Source: Chlamydiia bacterium (GTDB lineage: Bacteria > Chlamydiota > Chlamydiia > Chlamydiales > Rhabdochlamydiaceae). Taken from it: 64,000 nt of DNA. The stretch spans positions 32,001 to 96,000 of the forward strand of contig CAWDOQ010000010.1 of assembly GCA_963804085.1 (NCBI GenBank), in the 5' to 3' direction. The position numbers were made by a program, and so were the translations under genes. The notes below the pieces were generated by a model. The model worked only from the letters and a program-made list of their open reading frames with translations. It made no database searches and was not told the origin of the DNA. The stretch's first letter is position 1. Each line of letters opens with the position of its first letter. Of this stretch, positions 52,213 through 62,717 are shown one piece after another.

Positions 52213-53013
52213 ATGACTAAACATAAACTACTACTCGTTCTTCTGATCCTCGCTTGTGGACTTTTTTGGACGATGGCTGTGCAAGCACAAGAGCCCGGAG
52301 GGATTCCTGCAGGGCTTATGCAAGCAGAGAACATCGAAGGGGGACGTCCACCCTCTCTCGTTATCGAGCTGGCTATTTTAGCCGGTCTTTCGATCTTGCC
52401 TTTTGCCGTCATGCTGCTCACCTCTTACGTCAAAATCGTGGTCGTGCTCTCGCTACTTCGCAACGCGCTTGGCGTCCAGCAGACGCCACCCAACCAGGTG
52501 CTCAACGGAATTGCGCTTTTAATGACCATCTACGTTATGTTCCCCACAGGCCTTGCCATGTACAATGCGTCGAGCGATTATATCAACAAAGAGGCGCCTC
52601 AAGAGCTCTTCTCTGCACCGACAGCAGGTTACGTGATGAACATCGTGGACAGGTCCAAAGAGCCGCTGCGCGAATTTTTACAGAGAAACGCCATCGGCAA
52701 GCACATGACCAGCTTCTACCAGCTAGCCTATAAGTCGTTTCCGGAAAATTTCCGCCCCTCCCTTAAGGCGACCGACTTTGTCATTCTGATTCCCGCATTC
52801 ATCACCTCGCAGCTAAAAGCAGCTTTTGAGATCGGCGTTTTAGTCTATCTGCCCTTTTTTGTGATCGATCTTGTCACTTCGAACATCTTGCTTGCGATGG
52901 GTATGATGATGCTCTCGCCATTGACCATTGCGCTGCCGTTAAAACTACTGCTGCTCGTCATGGTAGACGGGTGGACGCTCATTATCCAAGGACTGGTTCT
53001 TTCTTTTAGGTAA
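52213..53013 (+). CDS. sctR: T3SS export apparatus SctR
   Basis: LRNALGVQQTPPNQVL, LPFFVIDL, MMMLSP, LPLKLLL..DGW. Confidence 0.95.
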   Translation: MTKHKLLLVLLILACGLFWTMAVQAQEPGGIPAGLMQAENIEGGRPPSLVIELAILAGLSILPFAVMLLTSYVKIVVVLSLLRNALGVQQTPPNQVLNGIALLMTIYVMFPTGLAMYNASSDYINKEAPQELFSAPTAGYVMNIVDRSKEPLREFLQRNAIGKHMTSFYQLAYKSFPENFRPSLKATDFVILIPAFITSQLKAAFEIGVLVYLPFFVIDLVTSNILLAMGMMMLSPLTIALPLKLLLLVMVDGWTLIIQGLVLSFR

Positions 53014-53018
53014 ACTGG

Positions 53019-53288
53019 ATGTTTAGTACAGAAATATATCAGCTCTCCTACCAGGCTCTTCTCTTAATCCTGATCCTATCCGGACCGCCGATCATTATCA
53101 GCACGATTTTAGGCTTGCTTGTCGCGATATTTCAGGCGGCGACACAGATCCAAGAGCAGACCCTCTCTTTCATGGTCAAGCTCTTTGCTGTTATGTTTGT
53201 CCTTCTTCTCATGGGAGGCTGGCTGGGCAGCCAGATCATGCAGTTTACCAACTCGATCTTCTTAAACTTCTATAAGTGGTCCTACTAG
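53019..53288 (+). CDS. sctS: T3SS export apparatus SctS
   Basis: FQAATQIQEQTL.F.VKL. Confidence 0.95.
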   Translation: MFSTEIYQLSYQALLLILILSGPPIIISTILGLLVAIFQAATQIQEQTLSFMVKLFAVMFVLLLMGGWLGSQIMQFTNSIFLNFYKWSY

Positions 53289-53289
53289 A

Positions 53290-54129
53290 GTGCCATCATC
53301 GCCCACATCTGATTACCTCTCGCTCGTTTTGAGCATGCCCCAGTTTCCGCCGCTGAGCGTTCTCCTCTTCTTCCTCTTGGCCCTCATGCGCATCGCACCC
53401 ATTGTCGCACTCGCTCCCTTCCTAGGAGCGAAATTGCCTGGCGGCGTAAAGATCGCCCTCGCTGTCGCCCTCGCAGCTATCTTTTTGCCGAATATCATGC
53501 TGACGAGTAGCAAGGCAGTCAGCTTTGGAATGCCCTTCATCGGCTCCCTCTTAAAAGAGCTCTTCATAGGAGGGCTTCTCGGCTTTATGGTCTCCATTCC
53601 CTTCTACATCGCACAATCTTCGGGTGTGCTCATCGACTTCATGCGTGGCTCCTCAGCTCTCGGCGTAACCGATCCCACCATGCAAACGCAAGCGACACCC
53701 ATCGGCCTTCTTTACAACTATGTCCTCATCGTCCTCTTCTTTCAGCTCGATGGTCCCTTCATCTTCTTGGATGGACTCTTGCAATCCTACAGTGTAATCC
53801 CTGCAGACGGCTTCTTCTCTCCCGCCTTCTTCACCTTGCGGCTTCCCTTCTGGCAAAGCATTGCAGGGGTCTTGACTAAGCTCACAGCGCTCTCTATGCA
53901 GCTTGCAGCTCCTGCGCTTCTCTCGATCTTGATGGCTGAGATGTTCCTCGGCATCGCCAACAGGCTCGCTCCTCAAGTGCAGATCGCTTTTTTGGGTATG
54001 TCGATCAAGTCGCTTCTCGGTATTGCACTTCTCTGGGCAGGATGGTTTTTTATTTTGCAACAAGTGGGCAAACAAGCGCTGCTCTGGCTGAAAAATCTCT
54101 CGCTGCTTCTTCAGACAATTCCCAAGTAA
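53290..54129 (+). CDS. sctT: T3SS export apparatus SctT
   Basis: G.LIDFMRG, NRLAPQVQI. Confidence 0.93.
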   Translation: MPSSPTSDYLSLVLSMPQFPPLSVLLFFLLALMRIAPIVALAPFLGAKLPGGVKIALAVALAAIFLPNIMLTSSKAVSFGMPFIGSLLKELFIGGLLGFMVSIPFYIAQSSGVLIDFMRGSSALGVTDPTMQTQATPIGLLYNYVLIVLFFQLDGPFIFLDGLLQSYSVIPADGFFSPAFFTLRLPFWQSIAGVLTKLTALSMQLAAPALLSILMAEMFLGIANRLAPQVQIAFLGMSIKSLLGIALLWAGWFFILQQVGKQALLWLKNLSLLLQTIPK

Positions 54130-54153
54130 ATTGGAAAATCGGACGATTTTTTG

Positions 54154-54183
54154 TTGACGCGATAGGAAATTAATAATTAGAGT
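54154..54183 (+). promoter_or_regulatory. Candidate sigma66/70 promoter of the porin (copied near 55586)
   Basis: TTGACG-18 nt-TAGAGT in AT-rich context, conserved in both duplicates. Confidence 0.35.
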
Positions 54184-54274
54184 ACGTTTAATCAATGATG
54201 AGAAGGCGACGCACAGTGTGTTGCCGTCATCAGATAGAACTTTACTTAACGATCCAACAGCCAAAGGTATCTTT

Positions 54275-55417
54275 ATGGAGTGGAATTTGAAAAACAAGAT
54301 GGGGCAAGCAGCTGCCTTATCACTCGTGGCTTTCACGAGCATTTTGAATGCTGCCGATGATGCGCAAATGCGCAACCTCGACAACCGCGTAACTGCTCTT
54401 GAGCAGAAAAAAGGCGCGGGCGGAATGATTAACCCACCGGCGCGTCCTGTAGTAAAAGACGGCGTGGACATCTTCCTCACAGGTGAAGTTCTCATTTGGA
54501 AAGCTCACCAAGAAGACATGACTTATGCTACTAAACTGGCAAGCACTCCTGGTATCATCGCTCCAAACAGCGGCAAGCTCGCTGACTGGAAAGGCAGATG
54601 GGGAACCGGCTTCCGTTTAGGCTTAGGCTACAACATGGAGCATGATGGTTGGGATGCGGATCTGATCTGGACAAGATACTATCAGACATCTCGCCGTAAC
54701 ACTGGTGGCAACCGCCATGGCGTTTTCGCTCCTCAATATCCAGTTCAACCTTTTACTTATGTAGTAGCTGACGCTGCTGCAGAAGCGCATGATAAAAAAT
54801 GGAAAGTGCGCCTCGATATGATTGACTTAGAGCTCGGTCGCGAGTTCTTTGTTAGCAAGTGGCTCACAATCCGTCCTCACATGGGCCTAAGAAATATCTG
54901 GGCTCGTCAGAAGATGAGAGTGGAGTATGAAGATGGCGTTTATGCTGTTCCACTAGCTGGCTTCTTACCTGGCGGTAGAGAGCAATTTACCTCCATGAAA
55001 AACAACTTCTGGGGTATCGGTCTCCGCGGCGGACTAGATTCGCAATGGGGATTGGGATGGGGCTTTAGCATCTACGGCAAAGCAGCTCTCTCCGTACTTT
55101 GGGGTCAAATGAAGGTAAATCAGAGCAGTGTAATATACAACACAGGCCGTACAGCTTCTGTTACTGCTGATTCCTTCAGCGATGTCCACCATGTTTGCAA
55201 ACCAGTTGCTGATATGGCACTCGGACTCCGTTATGACACCACATTTAGCGATGATTCTTATGCGTTCGGCGTGTTTGCCGGCTGGGAACACCACTATTTC
55301 TGGGCTCAAAACAAGCTGTTTAGATTCAATTCATCTTCTCCTACGTTCTCAGTTAACCAAAATGCTGGAGACCTCTCCACATCAGGTGTGAACGTTGGGT
55401 TAAGCTTTGATTTCTAA
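54275..55417 (+). CDS. Lpg1974/MOMP-like porin, copy 1
   Basis: Signal peptide ending ILNA, GFRLGLGY..HDGWD, LELGREFFVSK, C-terminal LSFDF. Confidence 0.85.
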   Translation: MEWNLKNKMGQAAALSLVAFTSILNAADDAQMRNLDNRVTALEQKKGAGGMINPPARPVVKDGVDIFLTGEVLIWKAHQEDMTYATKLASTPGIIAPNSGKLADWKGRWGTGFRLGLGYNMEHDGWDADLIWTRYYQTSRRNTGGNRHGVFAPQYPVQPFTYVVADAAAEAHDKKWKVRLDMIDLELGREFFVSKWLTIRPHMGLRNIWARQKMRVEYEDGVYAVPLAGFLPGGREQFTSMKNNFWGIGLRGGLDSQWGLGWGFSIYGKAALSVLWGQMKVNQSSVIYNTGRTASVTADSFSDVHHVCKPVADMALGLRYDTTFSDDSYAFGVFAGWEHHYFWAQNKLFRFNSSSPTFSVNQNAGDLSTSGVNVGLSFDF

Positions 55418-55455
55418 GCTAGTAGTCTGAAGAACGTTTGTTCTAAATGCTTTGG

Positions 55456-55483
55456 ACCATCCCTCTGAGCGGGATGGTTTTTT
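55456..55483 (+). terminator. Intrinsic terminator after porin copy 1
   Basis: accatccc-tctgagc-gggatggt followed by a T tract. Confidence 0.7.
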
Positions 55484-55706
55484 ATTTTGCAGCAAGTGAG
55501 CAAACAAACACTGCTCTAGCTAAAAAATCTGTCGCACCTTCTCCAGACAATTCCCAAGTAAATTGGAAAATCGGACGATTTTTTGTTGACGCGAAATGAA
55601 ATTAATAATTAGAGTGAGTTTAATCAATGATGAGAAGGCAGTGCACAGTGTGTTGCCGTCATCAGATAGAACTTTACTTAACGATCCAAAACCCAGGGGG
55701 ATCTTT

Positions 55707-56859
55707 ATGGAGTGGAATTTGAAAAACAAAATGGGGCAAGCAGCTGCCTTATCACTCGTGGCTTTCACGAGCATTTTGAATGCTGCCGATGATGCGCAAA
55801 TGCGCAACCTCGACAACCGCGTAACTGCTCTCGAGCAGAAAAAAGGCGCGGGCGGAATGATTAACCCACCAGCACGTCCAGTAGTAAAAGACGGCGTGGA
55901 CATCTTCCTAACAGGTGAAGTTCTCATTTGGAAAGCTCACCAAGAAGACATGACCTATGCTACTAAACTGGCAAGCACTCCTGTTTCTGGCACTCCAAAC
56001 AGCGGCAAGCTCGCTAATTGGAAAGGCAGATGGGGAACCGGCTTCCGTTTAGGCCTAGGCTATAACATGGAGCATGATGGTTGGGATGCGGATCTGATCT
56101 GGACAAGATACTATCAGACATCTCGCCGTAACACTGGTGGCAACCGCCATGGTGTTTTCGCTCCTCAGTATCCAGTTCAACCTTTTGGTTATACAGTAGT
56201 TGACGTTGCAGCAGCAGAAGCGCATGATAAAAAATGGAAAGTGCGCCTCGATATGATCGACTTAGAGCTCGGTCGCGAGTTCTTTGTTAGCAAGTGGCTC
56301 ACAATCCGTCCTCACATGGGCCTAAGAAATATCTGGGCTCGTCAGAAGATGAGAGTGGAGTATGAAGATGGCGTCTTACGGATCTGGTGTACTAGCTAAC
56401 TTCGGTTTAGCTGGTGGTAGAGAGCAATTTACTTCCATGAAAAACAACTTCTGGGGTATCGGTCTCCGCGGCGGACTAGATTCGCAATGGGGATTGGGAT
56501 GTGGCTTTAGCATCTACGGCAAAGCAGCTCTCTCCATACTCTGGGGTCAAATGAAGGTAAATCAGAGCAGTGTAATATACAACACAGGCCGTACAGCCTC
56601 TGTTACTGCTGATTCCTTCAGCGATGTTCACCATGTTTGCAAACCAGTTGCTGATATGGCACTCGGACTCCGTTATGACACCACATTTAGCGATGATTCT
56701 TATGCGTTCGGCGTGTTTGCCGGCTGGGAACACCACTACTTCTGGGCTCAAAACAAACTGTTTAGATTCAATTCATCTTCTCCTACGTTCTCAGTTAACC
56801 AAAATGCTGGAGACCTCTCCACATCAGGTGTGAACGTTGGACTAAGCTTTGATTTCTAA
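55707..56859 (+). CDS. Lpg1974/MOMP-like porin, copy 2 (frameshift near 56372-56378)
   Basis: Near-identical to copy 1; split between ORFs 55596-56399 and 56362-56859. Confidence 0.8.
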
Positions 56860-56889
56860 GCTAGTAGTCTGAAGAACGTTTGTTCTTAT

Positions 56890-56927
56890 AGAGGCCTGGG
56901 CCACAAGCCCAGGCCTCTTTCTTTTTT
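56890..56927 (+). terminator. Intrinsic terminator after porin copy 2
   Basis: agaggcctgggc-cacaa-gcccaggcctct followed by a T tract. Confidence 0.85.
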
Positions 56928-57310
56928 GGAGTGCGGTGCTGCGGAGACAATGAATGTGCTGGGGGCACATTTATTTGCAGAGCAGTAGCTACTGCCGTTG
57001 CTCAATGCTGTATCAGGCTTGATAAAGTCAGACCTTTGAATAGCAGGACTTGTCGCTGCTCTTCAAAGACATCGCGACGAGTCGCGATGGAGAAAAGCGG
57101 TGACAAGTCACCGCACTCCATACAAAAAGGATCCACTCTTCATTAGCCAGCATCTGAGCAAGTAGTCCAAGATCCCTGAAAGGGCTAACAATTCTTATGT
57201 GGAGTGCGGCGACTCGTCGCCGCTTTCATAGACAGCGACTTGTCGCTGCTCTTCAAAGACATCGCGACGAGTCGCGATGGAGAAAAGCGGTGACAAGTCA
57301 CCGCACTCCA
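56927..57310. repeat. Two tandem copies of a four-hairpin REP/MITE-like element (first interrupted; complete copy 57200-57310)
   Basis: tggagtgcgg...ccgcactcca termini; 57047-57125 repeated at 57237-57315. Confidence 0.85.
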
Positions 57311-57336
57311 TACAAGAAGGATCTACGCTTCAAAGA

Positions 57337-58542
57337 TTAACGCTTAGCGGTTGCTAAGACTTCTTCGAGAGCAGCGATGAAGAGATCGATCTCGGCGAAT
57401 GTGTTGTAGACGGCAAAAGAAGCGCGAACGGCAGAGGTAATGCCGAAGCGCTGCATGGTGGGTTGCGCACAAAGATGTCCTGTCCGCACCGCAACCCCTT
57501 TTAAATCTAGCAGGGTGCCGATGTCCAAAGGGTGAACATCTTGGACAATAAAGGTCAGAATAGGACCTTTTTGCTCAGCTTGGCCAATCAGAGATAGGCC
57601 GGGGATCTCTAAGAGCTTTTTGGTCGCATACTCGAGCAGCTCTCTTTCATAAGCTGCAATCCGCTCTCTTCCAATCGATTCAATATAGGTAAGAGCCGCC
57701 CCAAGGCCGATGACCTGGGCAATTAGAGGTGTACCCGCTTCAAACTTCAAAGGCGCTTTCTGGTAGGTGGTCTTGGTGAGGGTAACTGTCTCGATCATGT
57801 CGCCGCCGCACTGATAAGGGGGCATTTTTTCAAGTAGCTCACTCTTGCCATACAAGATGCCTACCCCGGTCGGACCAAAGGCTTTATGCCCCGAAAAAAC
57901 AAAAAAATCGGCATCTATCTTCTGGACATCCACCGGCATGTGTGCGGCGCTTTGCGCTCCATCGATCAAGACATAAGCACCTTTTGCATGAGCAAGCTGC
58001 GCGATCTTCTCGATAGGATTCAGCGTCCCGGTGCTATTAGAGATGTGGGCAATCGCGACAAGCTTGGTGCGAGCCGTTAAAAGCCTTTCGTACGCCTTTA
58101 AATCGAGCTCTCCCTTCTCATCTATCGGAATTATCTTGAGATGCGCCCTCTTCTCTTCGCATAGCCTTTGCCAGGGCACAATGTTGGCATGGTGCTCCAT
58201 CTCGGAAATGATAATCTCATCTCCCGCCTCTATAAATGCCTGGCCAAAAGAGTAGGCGACCAGGTTGATCGCTTCAGTCGTTCCCTTGGTGAAGACTATC
58301 TCATCAACAGATGCAGCATTTAAAAAGGCTCTCACCTGCTCGCGCACAGCAGAATACTGAGACGTCGCCTCTCTTGCTAAGCGGTAGACTGCGCGATGCA
58401 CAGTGCCATACTCTTCGGAATAGAAGCGGTTCATCGCTTCAATTACTTGTCGCGGCTTTTGAGTGGTTGCAGCCGAATCTAGATAGATGGTTTTTTCAAG
58501 AATGGGAAAATCAGCGCGGATCTGATCGGCTAGAGGTCTCAT
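57337..58542 (-). CDS. sufS: Cysteine desulfurase SufS
   Basis: YLDSAATTQKP, EHHAN, SGHK, RTGHLCA. Confidence 0.96.
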   Translation of the reverse strand: MRPLADQIRADFPILEKTIYLDSAATTQKPRQVIEAMNRFYSEEYGTVHRAVYRLAREATSQYSAVREQVRAFLNAASVDEIVFTKGTTEAINLVAYSFGQAFIEAGDEIIISEMEHHANIVPWQRLCEEKRAHLKIIPIDEKGELDLKAYERLLTARTKLVAIAHISNSTGTLNPIEKIAQLAHAKGAYVLIDGAQSAAHMPVDVQKIDADFFVFSGHKAFGPTGVGILYGKSELLEKMPPYQCGGDMIETVTLTKTTYQKAPLKFEAGTPLIAQVIGLGAALTYIESIGRERIAAYERELLEYATKKLLEIPGLSLIGQAEQKGPILTFIVQDVHPLDIGTLLDLKGVAVRTGHLCAQPTMQRFGITSAVRASFAVYNTFAEIDLFIAALEEVLATAKR

Positions 58543-59768
58543 ACATGCCTCAGAGAGACGGGGAGCTGATCTAAAATCTCACGACAAAACGCGCGCGTTA
58601 GAAGTGCTTTTGCCTCCTCTTGTGAAATGCCGCGCGTTTTTAAATAGAAGAGCAGAGCATCATCTAGCTGCGCGACAGTCGCCCCATGCGAGGCTTTCAC
58701 ATCATCTGCAAAGATCTCTAAATTGGGCTTGCTGTTGGCTTGTGCATGCTCGCCTAAAAGGAGGTTGTTGTTGAGCTGATACGCCTCGGTCTTTTGGGCA
58801 TCGCGTTTGACCCAAATCTTTCCGATAAAGCTAGATTGGCTCGAATCTTTCATCACATTTTTAAAAAGCTGTCTGGAAGTGGTGTGCGGCGCATGGTGCT
58901 CCATGAGCACATGTGTATGCGCTGTGTGCATCCCTTCTATAAGAGCCAGCCCTTGCAGGTGGGCTTCTGCCCCTTCTCCCAAAAGAGAGATCTGGTAATC
59001 GTTTCTGTGAAGAGCGCCCCCTCTTGTAAATGCGAGCGTCTTCAAACAGCTGGAACGTTTGAGTGTTGCGCGCATGCGTGTAAACTGCCAGCTAGAGGCA
59101 GCTTTTTCTTGCACATCGATATGGGTGAGGCGCGCTCCCTCGTCCAGAGCGACATCTAAGAGTGAATTCTGCCAAAAAGGGCTCTCTTCTTCTCTTTGGA
59201 AGGTGGAGATCAGCTCCACTTCGGCATCGCGGCCTACAAATAGAGAGAGTGTCTGGGCTACAAAGGGCTTCTCTCCGCTCACGATATGGTGGCACTGTAG
59301 CGCTGCTTTTAACTTGCACTTGGGAGGCACATAGAGAAAAATCCCCTGCAAAAAGGAGAAGGCAAGAAGGGCAAAGGGGTCCTTCTCTTCGCTTAAATTT
59401 TTATTCAACCTCTCTTTCAAAAAATGCCCATAAGTAGAAAGCGCCTCATGAAGCGGCAGAACGACTACCTCTTTCGGAATCCGCGACAGCTCTTTACAAA
59501 ATCGTCCATTTACAAAGACAAGTGCGTTTCCTTTGCATTCAGGAAGAAGCTGTTTTGCGATCTTCTCTTTTTTGGGAAGCAGACTCTCGTCGTAAGGAGT
59601 AAAGCTGTCGCCTGTAAGATTGCGCAGCGTTAAATACTGAAAAGCCTCCTCATTTTTTTGAGGCAGGCCGCGCTGCATAAAACTCTCCCACGCTTTTTTG
59701 CGCAAGAGCTCGAGTGCGTCCTGTTTTTGAGAAGAGTAGTGCTTTTCAAGTGTTTCGATTAGGGCCAT
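58539..59768 (-). CDS. sufD: Fe-S assembly protein SufD
   Basis: KPNLEIFADDVKASHGAT, FYLKTRG. Confidence 0.94.
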   Translation of the reverse strand: MALIETLEKHYSSQKQDALELLRKKAWESFMQRGLPQKNEEAFQYLTLRNLTGDSFTPYDESLLPKKEKIAKQLLPECKGNALVFVNGRFCKELSRIPKEVVVLPLHEALSTYGHFLKERLNKNLSEEKDPFALLAFSFLQGIFLYVPPKCKLKAALQCHHIVSGEKPFVAQTLSLFVGRDAEVELISTFQREEESPFWQNSLLDVALDEGARLTHIDVQEKAASSWQFTRMRATLKRSSCLKTLAFTRGGALHRNDYQISLLGEGAEAHLQGLALIEGMHTAHTHVLMEHHAPHTTSRQLFKNVMKDSSQSSFIGKIWVKRDAQKTEAYQLNNNLLLGEHAQANSKPNLEIFADDVKASHGATVAQLDDALLFYLKTRGISQEEAKALLTRAFCREILDQLPVSLRHV

Positions 59769-60508
59769 TGTCCATATCCCTTGGCTTCGAGCTCTTCGGC
59801 GAGCTTGGGCCCGCCTGATTCTACGATGCGTCCACCCACCATCACATGGACAAAGTGGGGACGGATGTATTCAAGTAAGCGCTGGTAGTGGGTAATCAGT
59901 AGCAGCGCGTTATCGGGTGTCATCAGTTTTTTTACGCCACACGCCACTATTCGCATTGCATCGATATCAAGACCTGAGTCGGTCTCATCTAAAAATGCCA
60001 TTTTTGGATTTAAGATGGCCATCTGCAAGATCTCGTTTCTCTTCTTTTCTCCGCCGGAAAAGCCTTCGTTGAGATTGCGCTCTTTAAACTCTTTTCGCAT
60101 CTCCATCAGCTCCATCTTCTCATCGAGCAGCTTCTCAAACTCCTTTTCTGAAAGGAGCGGCTCACTGCGGCTTTTACGTAGTGCGTTGTAAGAAGCATGC
60201 AAAAATTGCATGTTACTGATCCCCGGGATCTCCACAGGGTATTGAAAGCTCATGAAAAGACCCAGATGCGCACGCTCTTCAGGATCTAGATCTAAAATGT
60301 TCTGTCCGCAAAAGAGCACCTCTCCTGAGAGCACTTCGTATGCGGGATCTCCTGCCAAAACTTTTGCCAGCGTCGATTTGCCTGCGCCGTTAGGGCCCAT
60401 GATGGCGTGGATCTCTCCTTTTCGGATGAGTAGGTTGACCCCTTTTAAGATCGCCTTGCCATCGACAGTGGCCGTTAAATTTTTAATCTCAATCATCGTC
60501 TCTTTCAT
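59759..60508 (-). CDS. sufC: Fe-S assembly ATPase SufC
   Basis: GPNGAGKST, FSGGEKKRNE, DETDSGLD. Confidence 0.96.
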   Translation of the reverse strand: MKETMIEIKNLTATVDGKAILKGVNLLIRKGEIHAIMGPNGAGKSTLAKVLAGDPAYEVLSGEVLFCGQNILDLDPEERAHLGLFMSFQYPVEIPGISNMQFLHASYNALRKSRSEPLLSEKEFEKLLDEKMELMEMRKEFKERNLNEGFSGGEKKRNEILQMAILNPKMAFLDETDSGLDIDAMRIVACGVKKLMTPDNALLLITHYQRLLEYIRPHFVHVMVGGRIVESGGPKLAEELEAKGYGQWP

Positions 60509-60515
60509 CTTCTCT

Positions 60516-61955
60516 TTACCCCACTGAGTTCTCTAGCTTTAATGTGAGCAGCTTCTCGGCTTCTTTTGCAAACTCAAGAGGCAGCGCCTCTATCACCTCT
60601 TTGCAAAAGCCGTTTACGATCATCTGGATCGCCTCTTCGCGGCTGATACCTCTACTCTGCAAATAAAAGAGCTGCTCTTCGTTCATCTTCGAGGTCGACG
60701 CCTCATGCTCGACTTGTGCGCTTGGATTGCCTACTTCGATGTAGGGGAAGGTGTTTGCCGAACACTGGTCTCCCACAAGCATAGAGTCGCACTGCGTGTA
60801 GTTGCGCGCGCCACTTGCGCGCGGCGCGATCTTAACAAGGCCGCGGTAGGTGTTGTGCGAGCGATCGGCAGAGATCCCCTTAGAGATGATGGTAGAGTGT
60901 GTGTTCTTGCCCATGTGGATCATCTTCGTACCGGTGTCCGCCTGCATCCTTCCATTCGTGAGTGCAACCGAATAAAACTCGCCTACCGACTCATCGCCCT
61001 GAAGCAGACAGCTCGGGTATTTCCAAGTGATCGCGGCTCCCGCCTCTACTTGCGTCCAAGAGATCTTCGAGCGAAAACCTGCGCATCTGCCGCGCTTGGT
61101 CACAAAGTTGAAGATTCCGCCTTTGCCTGTCTCGGGATTTCCTGCGTACCAGTTTTGTACGGTCGCATACTTGATCTCGGCATGATCGTGCGCAACAAGT
61201 TCAACAACAGCTGCGTGAAGCTGATTGTTGTCGAAAGCAGGCGCGGTGCACCCTTCCAAGTAGCTGACGTAAGATCCCTCTTCTGCGATGATCAGCGTCC
61301 GTTCAAACTGGCCTGTCTCTTTGTCGTTGATACGAAAATAGGTGGAAAGCTCCATCGGGGAGCGCACCCCTTTGGGAATGTAGACAAACGAGCCATCTGA
61401 AAAAACGGCAGAGTTGAGTGCAGCAAAGAAGTTATCTCCGATCGGGACAACGCTTCCTAAATATTTTTCAATGAGCTCCGGATACTTGTGGACCGCCTCC
61501 GAGATCGAGCAGAGGACAACGCCCGCTTCTTGTAATTTTTTTTGAAAGGTAGTGCCGAGTGATACAGAATCGAAAACCAGATCGACTGCAACGTTTGCAA
61601 GTTTTTTCTGTTCATCTACCGGAATGCCGAGCTTTTCAAAAGTTTTTAAAAGCTCCGGGTCGACCTCATCCAGACTGCTAAGCTGCTGCTTTTTTTTGGG
61701 AGCCGAGTAGTAGGAGATATTCTGGTAGTCGATCGGCGGATGGGAGACATTAGCCCACTTAGGCTCCTTCATCTCCTTCCATCTTGCATAGGCTTTTAGA
61801 CGAAAATTGAGCAGAAAAGGAGGCTCCTCCTTCTTTGCTGAAATAGCACGGACAGTCTCCTCGCTTAGACCTTTGGGGAAACTCTCCGTCTCAATTTCCG
61901 TGACAAAGCCGTATTTATATTCGGCCCGCTCTTTTAGAATCTCTTCTGTACTCAT
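60516..61955 (-). CDS. sufB: Fe-S assembly protein SufB
   Basis: GQFERTL, EGCTAP, TWKYPS, EHEA. Confidence 0.97.
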   Translation of the reverse strand: MSTEEILKERAEYKYGFVTEIETESFPKGLSEETVRAISAKKEEPPFLLNFRLKAYARWKEMKEPKWANVSHPPIDYQNISYYSAPKKKQQLSSLDEVDPELLKTFEKLGIPVDEQKKLANVAVDLVFDSVSLGTTFQKKLQEAGVVLCSISEAVHKYPELIEKYLGSVVPIGDNFFAALNSAVFSDGSFVYIPKGVRSPMELSTYFRINDKETGQFERTLIIAEEGSYVSYLEGCTAPAFDNNQLHAAVVELVAHDHAEIKYATVQNWYAGNPETGKGGIFNFVTKRGRCAGFRSKISWTQVEAGAAITWKYPSCLLQGDESVGEFYSVALTNGRMQADTGTKMIHMGKNTHSTIISKGISADRSHNTYRGLVKIAPRASGARNYTQCDSMLVGDQCSANTFPYIEVGNPSAQVEHEASTSKMNEEQLFYLQSRGISREEAIQMIVNGFCKEVIEALPLEFAKEAEKLLTLKLENSVG

Positions 61956-61967
61956 AATGAGCTGAAA

Positions 61968-62717
61968 TTATAGAAGATAAGCCAATTTTTCGGCTTGGAC
62001 CAAATGTTCGGGAAGATCGATTCCTATCACTTCCTCTTTGGTCTCATGGACGCGGATGCGTAAGTTGTTGTACAGAAAGCGCATCTGTTCTAGCTGCTCC
62101 GCCTGTTCGATATAGCAAGGGGAGAGACAAGAGATTTTTTGAAGGGCCTCTTGAGTAAAGGCGTAGAGGCCGATGTGTTTATAAAAAATTTTATCCTCAT
62201 CTTTTGTCGGATCGCGGTAGTAAGGAATAGGAAGGCGAGAGAAGTAGAGGGCATACCCTTTTGCGTCTAAAACAACCTTGGCGATGTGTGGGTTGAGGAC
62301 ATCTTCCCAATCCTGGAGCCGTTTTTTTAACGTCCAAACGTCGCTCTCTTCGCGGTCGCACGTCTGTAAAAGTGTGTAGATCATCTGCGAGCTGATGAAG
62401 GGCTCATCTCCTTGCCAGTTGACCCATATGTCCGCCTCAACCAAGCCCTTTTTCATAAGTTCAATCAGACGGTCTGTGCCAGAGGGACAGTTAACCGAGG
62501 TCATGAAATACTTGCCGCCGAAGCTCTCAACTAGAGCTGCCGTCTCGTCGGAGTCGATAGCAAAGACGACCTCATCAAAAATAGAGACTTTACCTGCCGC
62601 TTCCCAAACCCACTGCAGCAGTGGTTTACCACGAATATGTGCAAGCACCTTCTTGGGAAAGCGCGAAGATTGGAGTCTTGCAGGAATGACACAAGCGACT
62701 TTTTTTCCACCTAACAT
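61968..62717 (-). CDS. kdsB: 3-deoxy-manno-octulosonate cytidylyltransferase
   Basis: IPARLQSSRFP.K, SGTDR, QGDEP, ALYFSR, EQLEQMR. Confidence 0.93.
   Translation of the reverse strand: MLGGKKVACVIPARLQSSRFPKKVLAHIRGKPLLQWVWEAAGKVSIFDEVVFAIDSDETAALVESFGGKYFMTSVNCPSGTDRLIELMKKGLVEADIWVNWQGDEPFISSQMIYTLLQTCDREESDVWTLKKRLQDWEDVLNPHIAKVVLDAKGYALYFSRLPIPYYRDPTKDEDKIFYKHIGLYAFTQEALQKISCLSPCYIEQAEQLEQMRFLYNNLRIRVHETKEEVIGIDLPEHLVQAEKLAYLL

Noticed and set aside
53653-55927. Repeated antisense ORFs (MRTSPVRKMS...)
   Set aside because: Shadows of the duplicated porin genes and sctT
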